Source of the DNA: Nemertoderma westbladi
Lineage: Eukaryota > Animalia > Xenacoelomorpha
DNA length: 64,000 nucleotides
Assembly: GCA_032718475.1 (NCBI GenBank)
Contig: JAUCBJ010003467.1
Location: 62,001-126,000, forward strand
Reading direction: 5' to 3'
The position numbers were made by a program, and so were the translations under genes. This document shows, piece by piece, positions 10,916 to 22,900 of this stretch. The notes under the pieces were generated by a model. The model was not told the DNA's origin. It saw nothing but the letters and a program-made list of their open reading frames with translations, and made no database searches. Numbering within the stretch: the stretch's first letter is position 1; each line of letters opens with the position of its first letter.

Positions 10916-13900
10916 ATGCATTCCGTAAAGGTCGTGGGACCATGTGGCTTTCGATTCAGTTTCACGACCACGTATGTTGGTATGTTTAGCAATTAGATTA
11001 CTTGCATTCTATAGGATTCCTGAGGACATTATTACGGCAAATCAATCAGATCGGTATACGATGGTTCGACGACATTTTTCTAGCACAAATCCAAAGCAGA
11101 ACCTAAGTCTCATCTAGCTTGGCACTTGCACGGAACCACCTCCGCTTTGCAGGACATTGCTTTCGCCGTGAGGACCAGCCAGTCTATATAATCTTGTGCT
11201 TTGGCAGCCTCATGGAGTGAATAAGCATGGTGGACAGACCATGACTATTATATTAAATTATATATATTAAAGTATAGGTTTGTGGGATTAAATGTGTATC
11301 TTTTACTTTCAGGGAAAAGTATAAAAATCAACTGGAGCAGAATATACTATGTAGGATCACAGATTTCGAAGACGATTTTACAAATTTATTGAAGAAAGCG
11401 GAATCTTCACATGTTTCGCACAAGGTATGTTTTAGTTTTAGTGGTGCGACGGGAATAACGGGATCCACAATTTTCGGGATTTGTGTTCGCGCTTTCAGAC
11501 CTTTAGCAGTTTAACCTGCCAAATTTAGATGTCTTCTAGATTATAAATCGACTTTAGCCTATGACGAGTATTTGATACACTACATTAGCCGAAGCCAGTC
11601 TATGCGCGACCATTCACCCGCTGGATATACCCGGGAGACTGGATTCGGAAGCTTTGACCTTATTGCGGTGTAGGCCTACTGTATTATTCGACTGATCGTT
11701 AATATATAATCTCTGACCAATAATATTCACTTTCGGGAAATATTAACAGTTCCTTTAGGACGTGGCGCTCTAATTATGTATACAGAGTTATGACTTACAC
11801 TAGACACAACGGGATGGCTATGGATTCACGTATAAAGCGCATTCTTTAGGAGATGCTTTGTTATCAGTCACAATCAGGCACACTACCGCACAATACTGCA
11901 CACCGATCTGCCGACCTTCACTAATTTTAGTCACATATAAAGAGAACAGCAACCGACTCATGTAGTGCCTATGAAATAGCATTAGATTCACTCCAAAACC
12001 AATATAATGTAAGTCGCAATTGTTATATGTAACCGGTCTCTTACCTTCAGTATATCAAGAAGATTGGGGATTTTATAATTATTTATCGATATTATCCAAA
12101 TATAATAATATTCCATCAACTGATATAATTAATAACCAACAGTAAATAGCAGTAAAAATGCGGTGTGGTATGTTGGATTGGATTGATTGATTAGTTTGAT
12201 AACAGATATACGTTTCTATGATCAAGCCTACTAATGTTTGGCTAAAGCCTGAAAACACAGAAATTCCAAAGCTGGTCTTCTGGCATCAGGAAAAAAGGTA
12301 AACATTGACCCATAATGCATTGCGCGATTTCCCGGAGGTTTCTGTACAAAAAACAGGAGAATCGCTCTGATTGGTTGTCCGAACAAAGGAACAAAGAAAA
12401 AGCTACACGTGTACATATCAGCTGTTAGCTGTCGTCATAGTAACTACACTGTGTCAAGAGGATTTTAGCGTATTGCGACATAAAATTGCTAGTTATGTCC
12501 GCTAAAGTACACATACAGAAGAAATGGCTTTTTATGTCCACTAAAACACTGGTACAGTAAGGAAACGGATTTTTATGTCCGTTAAACCAACTACAGAGTA
12601 CTTTGCGGGGAAAATAACCAGCTAATTCCGCAAAAGCTTTTACACCGCTCCCAGAAAATGGGATTTAATTCTATAAAATATAAAAAATCACAGTTTCTAA
12701 AATATAAAAATACTCTAAACAGTTAGTCTTTCTTACGCGGACGGCGTTTACGCAGTTTTTTGAGGCTAGCAAGAGTCCTTTTCTCTTTGGGGCGAGCCAC
12801 TTTACTAGGAGGGCTGTAACTCCTGGGTGAAGGGTGCAATACAATTGCATCATAAGGTTTAGGATTACGATCGGTGTATCCGCCGGTCGAGGTACCTGGT
12901 TGATCGATATCAACTTCAGTGGAGCGAGGTCTAACGGCCTTTAAGGCGCGTCTTAGGACAGCAGCTCCTACTGGTCCCTGACGGGTCGTCTGGACAATAG
13001 CGGTAGGTGGACCGTGAGTGGTGAGAAATTTCCTCGGTTTGATGATTCTTTCCAACTCGTGTTCTCGGGCTCTATCGGAATCGATATGCTTCTCCTCGAG
13101 CTGATTTTCCTCCGCTTGTCGTTGAAAACATTTGTCCAAACTCTTGCAGAAAGTAGGGCCGTCCAACTTCGATATCTGCTTAGAAATTCTGGATTTCCTG
13201 ATCGAACTGAGATAAAGCTAATTCGTTTACCGCTTGGACTTGTTGCTGCAATTTACATTTCTCTAAACAATTGTAGGTTCCTTTTCTGATCTTTTGAAAA
13301 ATAGTGTCCAACACGTTTCGTACAACTCTCTCCTCCGCTTCGGTGACAGGTTGTATCGGGTTAAACCGGGACGATGATACGGTTGAATGGCGATATTAGA
13401 TGTCCACGTCCCAATCCGGCTAGGTAAGATGGGCGAATATTTAGGAAGCCCACAACCGGAGAGCCACCGACTAACTGTTCGGGTAACACTAGATCTTTGA
13501 ACAGTGAGTACAGTTCGGGAGGATCCGTGATACTATTAGGATCAAAAGTCTGAGGTCTCACTAGGAAGTGAAGAGGTCTGACCGAGTATTCCGGAACTCT
13601 GATCATAGGTTTATTTAAGGATCATTTGAGTCGAGTGAGCGTAGGTGATACATCGAACAAGTTTCGCTCGAAACTCCCGTAAATATAGCGAGTAAAACTG
13701 TGTTTAAAGCAACGTCTCCGTGGATGTTTATGTCTTTCCGTTTGTTGGTTGGGTCTTGGGCCTTCATCGCAATAATACCAAAGACGCACGTCTTGTAGGG
13801 GAAACGCGGGTGATATTTATTCGGTTTTACAATGTTCCTCCATTTGTTCGAAGCTATCTGGGATGACAGGTAGCGGTCGATCGGCGGTAAGATACATCAT

Positions 13901-16900
13901 AGTGAAATAGAGCCGTTTGAGTTCTATCATAGGGTCATGATGTATACCTTGAGGATATCGAGTTTCTAGATTTTGTTGACTGGCAATATTGAGATATGTT
14001 TCCGCTCAGGAATTCCAGATAATCGTTGAAGTCGCTGCGTTTATCCGGCTCTTCAACGTCTTCTCTTTCGAGTCTGTTTCGAATAGAATTCTCGTGTTCC
14101 ATTCTCGGTTTATCGTTCCGACTCCGCTGGGTAGGATATTTAAATAAAACCATTTCCCTTTTGGTGTCGACATCGTCCGTATCGTGTAAATCGATAGGAT
14201 GGCCGGTAGTTAAGAAGTCCATATACGTACCATTACGATGCGTATAGCGAGCGGTGAATTTTCTATAGTCCAATTCACGCGTAAGTTGCTCCTGGGACAT
14301 TGGCGGTTCGATATAACGACCATCATCCTCCGTAGTAGTTGGACCAGCATCGCCGCGTATCAAGCTATCAACAAACGCTTGTAAAGGTAGAGTATATCGC
14401 TCCCTGATACCAAGATCATCTTCTATCAACTCAGTCATATCTGCTATATGAGTTTATCAATATTATAATGAGTTTATATTTAGGCTAGCGGGCGTCGCTG
14501 CCTACCCCTCTCGGCCCCCGGACAGCGCAAGATCCTCAGCGCTGGTGTACTTTCGCCGATGTGCCTATCGCCAACGTCGTAGCTGCATAACGACCACAAC
14601 AACCAGCGCGAGTCACTCCACCATCCATCCCAAAGGCTTAGATTTACTTCAGGTTCTTACTGGAGAGTTAGGGCTACTTTCACAATTGCGACTCGCTACT
14701 GTAAACACACTTTAGTAGTAACATTCACCTATAAACGCACAAATTCCACACAACTGTCACAAACCGCACACATTCGGGCCATTTGTCCGTTAGTCAAGTG
14801 CCTTCCAGAATGCCACGTTATTATTGGGTATCCTGGGATACTAGCAGTATGCTATTTATTCCTTATGCTATTCAATGGGCAAGCTTTATTGTTCTTTTAA
14901 CTCACTTCTAATTCTAGCGTGGGTGTTGCTATGGTGACATTATGGAACGCTAGCGGTAGAATTAGGGTAATTCTCATGCATACAGATCTGGGATGCTATT
15001 TAATAGTAATTCTTTAATTGTCAATATTCCTCTTTATACATGATTTTATGAATTTTTATCGGCTATTGACCATATGTTGGAGATTCTCGCACACTAATAC
15101 ACTTAATAGGGTGAATCTCTGCTCCCATGATCTATTAATTAATGGAATTTTGGGAATGTTATAAATTGTATAAAAATGACAACTTATCAAATTCATTAAA
15201 AGATATGAATTTAAATTTATTCCCGTAAATTTTATTATTTAATATTAAAATAGACACAATTTTATTCCAGAACATATCTGGGGACTGGGATCCTTGATTC
15301 TAGGAAATTTGTTCTTTTAAGAGTATCGGTAAGTGCTACGATATCTTAATTGACTAGAATTTTAAAGGATCTAAATTTTGACAGATTTTAATTTATAGAT
15401 TTTCTAGAGTTAACTTGTAAGTAGTTACTCTATTGTATCTATTTGACAGATTTTATAAATATTAATAATTAATATTTAAGATGGGCACCGGTTTATTCCA
15501 GAACATGTCTGGGGACGTTAACCATTGATTCTAGAATTTTGTCTTTCAAGTATATCGGTGGGTGCCGCGATATCTTAATCGACTAGAATTACAGATGGTC
15601 AAAGGGTTTAACAGATTTATTTTGCGTTATACGCTACTGTTAAAGGGACATCACGCTACTATATGTATTATTTAATATACGGTATGAGAGCAATATCGCA
15701 CGAAGCAATGTCAGTGAGAAGAGGCAAGTCGTTTCCAAGGTCTACCCAGAGCTTGGTTTAGCCGAGACACGAGGATCTGAATTTTGCATTCCTAATACTC
15801 TACTTACCAATAATACTTGAATATAGTAGGAGCTTTATTGTACTTTAATAAGTACGGATATTTCATCTTACTGTAGTCACGTATTTATAATGTAATACGG
15901 ACAGTAAGGAAAGAGAAAAAGAATTATTTCTCGCCGTCGCACTAAATATATAATATATAAGTAACTAAGTAATAAACGCGAATATATATTGCACTAATCT
16001 ACTAAATAATCGCTAAAATAACATTCTACTAAATAAAATTAAAGAAAACGATTATAATAAAATTACATAATAATACATACATAAATATAAAATAATAAAA
16101 ACAAATGCTGTTACGTTGGGGAGTCCCTAGATGTTTGTTGGATTAGGGAGGTGGTCGTGGGAAGAGTATCTTGCCTTCCATAGTTTCCGGACAGTTCTCG
16201 GTCTCGTTCCAGTAAACATAAACGACCAACTGGGCGATTGAGCTGCTGTGTCTCGAAGACAATTCCAGGTTTCCTCTTCGTCCTGGAATAGTGACGATAG
16301 AAACATCGCTTCAAATACACGACGGCCTTACAAAGCCGATTCCAGGATCTATAGTGGTCCATCGCTCCCAGCAGGAGAGGTGAGAGTCCCGGCGAGACGT
16401 CTGGTGTTCCAGATCTCCAGTCTCTCTCTCTGATCTCCACAACAGATCGGTTCGCGGTGGGGGAGTTTAGATCCACAGCGTCGTCCCTGGCAATGTGTAA
16501 TACAGACAGATCTATCACGGGTTTAAATAACCTTGATTTACTCGTCCGGGTTTTAGGTTTGACTTTCTCCGCTCCCTTGGCTTGTCTAATCTCAGCCGTG
16601 GTAAGATGGGGAGGCCATTCATCTTCTTTACTTAGGAAGTCGGGTCCACCTAACCAGTCTGGAGTATCTGTCAGTTCTTGAGGAGTTGCTCCTCTGGAAG
16701 CGATGTCGGCTAGATTAATCGTCTCGGGGCAATATCTCCATTGATCTACATTAGAGTTAATATCGTCATTATCTGAGGAGTATGGTGTTCCCTCAGTTGG
16801 GTCGTCCACCTCACTGCTCTCCGATTCCCATTCACTTAAAAAGTCTGAGGTCTCACTAGGAAGTGAAGAGGTCTGACCGAGTATTCCGGAACTCTGATCA

Positions 16901-19900
16901 TAGGTTTATTTAAGGATCATTTGAGTCGAGTGAGCGTAGGTGATACATCGAACAAGTTTCGCTCGAAACTCCCGTAAATATAGCGAGTAAAACTGTGTTT
17001 AAAGCAACGTCTCCGTGGATGTTTATGTCTTTCCGTTTGTTGGTTGGGTCTTGGGCCTTCATCGCAATAATACCAAAGACGCACGTCTTGTAGGGGAAAC
17101 GCGGGTGATATTTATTCGGTTTTACAATGTTCCTCCATTTGTTCGAAGCTATCTGGGATGACAGGTAGCGGTCGATCGGCGGTAAGATACATCATAGTGA
17201 AATAGAGCCGTTTGAGTTCTATCATAGGGTCATGATGTATACCTTGAGGATATCGAGTTTCTAGATTTTGTTGACTGGCAATATTGAGATATGTTTCTCT
17301 CAGGAATTCCAGATAATCGTTGAAGTCGCTGCGTTTATCCGGCTCTTCAACGTCTTCTCTTTCGAGTCTGTTTCGAATAGAATTCTCGTGTTCCATTCTC
17401 GGTTTATCGTTCCGACTCCGCTGGGTAGGATATTTAAATAAAACCATTTCCCTTTCGGTGTCGACATCGTCCGTATCGTGTAAATCGATAGGATGGCCGG
17501 TAGTTAAGAAGTCCATATACGTACCATTACGATGCGTATAGCGAGCGGTGAATTTTCTATAGTCCAATTCACGCGTAAGTTGCTCCTGGGACATTGGCGG
17601 TTCGATATAACGACCATCATCCTCCGTAGTAGTTGGACCAGCATCGCCGTGTATCAAGCTATCAACAAACGCTTGTAAAGGTAGAGTATATCGCTCCCTG
17701 ATACCAAGATCATCTTCTATCAACTCAGTCATATCTGCTATATGAGTTTATCAATATTATAATGAGTTTATATTTAGGCTAGCGGGCGTCGCTGCCTACC
17801 CCTCTCGGCCCCCGGACAGCGCAAGATCCTCAGCGCTGGTGTACTTTCGCCGATGTGCCTATCGCCAACGTCGTAGCTGCATAACGACCACAACAACCAG
17901 CGCGAGTCACTCCACCATCCATCCCAAAGGCTTAGATTTACTTCAGGTTCTTACTGGAGAGTTAGGGCTACTTTCACAATTGCGACTCGCTACTGTAAAC
18001 ACACTTTAGTAGTAACATTCACCTATAAACGCACAAATTCCACACAACTGTCACAAACCGCACACATTCGGGCCATTTGTCCGTTAGTCAAGTGCCTTCC
18101 AGAATGCCACGTTATTATTGGGTATCCTGGGATACTAGCAGTATGCTATTTATTCCTTATGCTATTCAATGGGCAAGCTTTATTGTTCTTTTAACTCACT
18201 TCTAATTCTAGCGTGGGTGTTGCTATGGTGACATTATGGAACGCTAGCGGTAGAATTAGGCTAATTCTCATGCATACAGATCTGGGATGCTATTTAATAG
18301 TAATTCTTTAATTGTCAATATTCCTCTTTATACATGATTTTATGAATTTTTATCGGCTATTGACCATATGTTGGAGATTCTCGCACACTAATACACTTAA
18401 TAGGGTGAATCTCCGCTCCCATGATCTATTAATTAATGGAATTTTGGGAATGTTATAAATTGTATAAAAATGACAACTTATCAAATTCATTAAAAGATAT
18501 GAATTTAAATTTATTCCCGTAAATTTTATTATTTAATATTAAAATAGACACAATTTTATTCCAGAACATATCTGGGGACTGGGATCCTTGATTCTAGGAA
18601 ATTTGTTCTTTTAAGAGTATCGGTAAGTGCTACGATATCTTAATTGACTAGAATTTTAAAGGATCTAAATTTTGACAGATTTTAATTTATAGATTTTCTA
18701 GAGTTAACTTGTAAGTAGTTACTCTATTGTATCTATTTGACAGATTTTATAAATATTAATAATTAATATTTAAGATGGGCACCGGTTTATTCCAGAACAT
18801 GTCTGGGGACGTTAACCATTGATTCTAGAATTTTGTCTTTCAAGTATATCGGTGGGTGCCGCGATATCTTAATCGACTAGAATTACAGATGGTCAAAGGG
18901 TTTAACAGATTTATTTTGCGTTATACGCTACTGTTAAAGGGACATCACGCTACTATATGTATTATTTAATATACGGTATGAGAGCAATATCGCACGAAGC
19001 AATGTCAGTGAGAAGAGGCAAGTCGTTTCCAAGGTCTACCCAGAGCTTGGTTTAGCCGAGACACGAGGATCTGAATTTTGCATTCCTAATACTCTACTTA
19101 CCAATAATACTTGAATATAGTAGGAGCTTTATTGTACTTTAATAAGTACGGATATTTCATCTTACTGTAGTCACGTATTTATAATGTAATACGGACAGTA
19201 AGGAAAGAGAAAAAGAATTATTTCTCGCCGTCGCACTAAATATATAATATATAAGTAACTAAGTAATAAACGCGAATATATATTGCACTAATCTACTAAA
19301 TAATCGCTAAAATAACATTCTACTAAATAAAATTAAAGAAAACGATTATAATAAAATTACATAATAATACATACATAAATATAAAATAATAAAAACAAAT
19401 GCTGTTACGTTGGGGAGTCCCTAGATGTTTGTTGGATTAGGGAGGTGGTCGTGGGAAGAGTATCTTGCCTTCCATAGTTTCCGGACAGTTCTCGGTCAGG
19501 TTCCAGTAAACATAAACGACCAACTGGGCGATTGAGCTGCTGTGTCTCGAAGACAATTCCAGGTTTCCTCTTCGTCCTGGAATAGTGACGATAGAAACAT
19601 CGCTTCAAATACACGACGGCCTTACAAAGCCGATTCCAGGATCTATAGTGGTCCATCGCTCCCGGCAGGAGAGGTGAGAGTCCCGGCGAGACGTCTGGTG
19701 TTCCAGATCTCCAGTCTCTCTCTCTGATCTCCACAACAGATCGGTTCGCGGTGGGGGAGTTTAGATCCACAGCGTCGTCCCTGGCAATGTGTAATACAGA
19801 CAGATCTATCACGGGTTTAAATAACCTTGATTTACTCGTCCGGGTTTTAGGTTTGACTTTCTCCGCTCCCTTGGCTTGTCTAATCTCAGCCGTGGTAAGA

Positions 19901-22900
19901 TGGGGAGGCCATTCATCTTCTTTACTTAGGAAGTCGGGTCCACCTAACCAGTCTGGAGTATCTGTCAGTTCTTGAGGAGTTGCTCCTCTGGAAGCGATGT
20001 CGGCTAGATTAATCGTCTCGGGGCAATATCTCCATTGATCTACATTAGAGTTAATATCGTCATTATCTGAGGAGTATGGTGTTCCCTCAGTTGGGTCGTC
20101 CACCTCACTGCTCTCCGATTCCCATTCACTTACTTGGTATACCCGTTCTTTTGGTAACCTTTCCATGAGAGTTCTACGGGAAGGGCCAGTAAAGTACCAA
20201 CCTACTCTAGTTCTTCCCGCATAGGCTTGTAGTGGTTGCGGTTGAGCAGGCCGTTTCTCCAATGTCTCAAGCGCCTCATGCGCATTTTGGCCGATGAGTA
20301 TTTGCACTCCAGGGTAATCTGTGCTGAATCTAGGTATATTAAGCTGCTGGGTGAAATCGTCCTCATCCCAGTTATAAGGTTCTACTTGGCTGGTAGCGAA
20401 GTTCTTTATCGCCACCATTTTTACTGACCTTATACTGTGTTCTCCTAGTTCATCCTGGGGGGTGGACAACGCACCTACATAATAATCGGCTATTACTGTA
20501 GATTTCCAAACCTGCATAATTCCTGACATGTTTAACTTAGTTCGGAACTTGGGTTGTCCAGCAAAGATGTCTTCGGCTAGTTCTTTGTCGATGAATGTTC
20601 CTGTGCTACCGGAGTCAAGGAGGGCGTTCACTATATAACTCCTTTCAGGTCCGTGGACCCTCAACTGCACTACGGGAAATTCTCGGATTCCTACATTGGA
20701 AGTTGGTGCTTTCCAAGATGGTTGTCGGTCAGAAGTAGTTAGGAGGAGCTCGCTGTCGGTGTCCCTTTTATACGTAAGTGCTCGATACACTGCGGTATTT
20801 ATCTGGTAACAGGATTCGTTTTCGTCGGAGAATTCGTCCGTATAGAATCCTTCCATCTCAGAACTTTGGTCAGTGTCATTCACATCACTGAATTGGACAT
20901 GTAGTTCGGACTCACTTACCTGACTCGGGCTGTTTCGCTCGAATTCAGTGTGCAACAAGATATGATGTTTCGCACCGCACTTTGCACACCTTGCGTCGGA
21001 GTAACAGGTTCGCCGTTGGTGTCCTTGTCTGAAGCAATTATAACACAACCGCTTATCCCACATGACTTCACGTCTATCCTTTAATGATTTCCTCAGGAAT
21101 TCATCACACGCACTTAAACGGTGGGGCCCGTCACACAGCGCACATTTCGGTTTGATGTTACTTACCTTATTTTGAGTAACGTTGTGCACACTCGTTCTTT
21201 CTTCAGGCTTTCTTACATGAATTCTCTTAGGAGACGTAGGAGGAGTTATTCTTACTTGTTCTCTCCTGTCATTGGTTTGAGACTTGAATTTACTTACGTC
21301 CTTAGGCGCTTTATTGACATAATAAGATCTTTCAGTGTCTTTCCCGCTGTCTTCTTCTTGAGAAGCCTGGCTTTCGCCGTCGTCGGTATAACACACTGGT
21401 GTTACCTTTCTCCTAGAAACGGGTTTCTCACTTACCTTGTTTTCCGGTGTCTTCTCTCTGGACTGCTTTAGGAGCTGTAATTTCACTTCTCCATCTAAGA
21501 ATGACATGAGATCGGCCATGGTAGGGTCTCGTCGTTGTTGTTCCATCATATATAACACTTTCTTATCCCAGCGTGTGCCTACTCCACCCTTAGGTAAAGT
21601 AGAGGCCACGGCTCCAATAACCATAGAACTCTGATATTCATGAGACTTACCTAGCCAATCTAATTGTCTACAGATCTCCTGAATCTCATCGGAAAACTCT
21701 ATAATCCCGCTGCTAATGAATTTTCGGGGCGCTACCAATTTTGCATACAAATACCTAGCTATGTTATTCCTATTACCATACCTGATGTTTAGGGTATCCC
21801 AAACTTGTCTTAATCCATCTGGATGTCCAATAAACTTTAACGCCATTAACTTGGGAGATCCTTCCAAGCACTCGATGAGGAATCTAAGTTTCTCTCCGTT
21901 AGATAGCACAGAGTTCTGTATGTTATCTTTGTAATATTCATTAAAAGGTAACCATTTCATCTCATCTCCATTGAACTTGACGATCTCTCCCACCTTTACC
22001 GCTTGACGGGCTTCGGTTCTAGCCATTTGACGCGTAAAACTTTCTTGGGCCATCGTGTTATTTAATATCGAGTTATTGGTATATAAATTTCTCGGATTAT
22101 GATCAGGTCTATATGGAATATCATTGTCAATAGATTTATAATTACCCTTAATAGGGTTTACTATAGGAGTTTCCACTTCACTAGCAGTATAGATGCGTGT
22201 AGGCTCCACACCTTGCGCATGAAATACTTCAGACCTAACAGGTTGACACATTGTTACAGGGGGTGGTGGTATACCCTTTTGGAGATTTACTAGTTTGTCG
22301 CGTTCTAACGCAATACTTTGCTGCACTTCTTGCAACTCTAACCTGCCCTCTCTAATTGTTCCCTTTAACTGCTGCACAGTCTTCCCCATCTCTTGGACCT
22401 GCTGAGAGGAGCAAGAACGGTGTTCCCTCAGCTGCCCGAGAAGGAGACCCATCTCCCGTCGCCCCTCATCTACCCACTCGACCGCCGAAGCGGGAGGCGC
22501 CAACGTTGTAGCGGGCGGACGAGGGACAACGAGCGACAAATCATTAATATTTCGCTCGGAGTCCAGGACATGAACATTTTCAGGGGTGGTTCTGTGGGGC
22601 ACAGGTAGCTTAGTGCTGTGCAGAGGGAATTTAGAGGTAGGTTCAGGGAGTACAGGTGTCTCTATCACCGAAGGGGTGGCTTCGAGAATAGGCCTAATTA
22701 TTTCAGGCTCATCTACTATAGTAGGGAGTCTTTCTATTTTAATTATTTGGTCTGTGGGTTCTGTACTACCTAAGTCTGTGTTAGTTAGTTGCCTTCTAAC
22801 AGCTGGGGGCAAATCAGGCAATTTCGACGGTGGGACATTCTTCTACGTCTATTTAGACGAGATCTATTTCCTCCGCCTTCAGGATCGGTGGTATCGCCTT

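Larger units (their letters stand above)
13544..20132. repeat. ~3.29-kb near-perfect internal tandem duplication (13544-16838 / 16839-20132)
   Basis: Copies differ by a few substitutions and one 1-bp indel near 14003; junction CCATTCACTTA|AAAAGTCTGAGG at 16838. Confidence 0.95.

Noticed and set aside
12231-12416. Small ORFs in the LTRs (also 27346-27531 and 27540-27779)
   Set aside because: Short, without motifs, and repeated only because the LTR is repeated.
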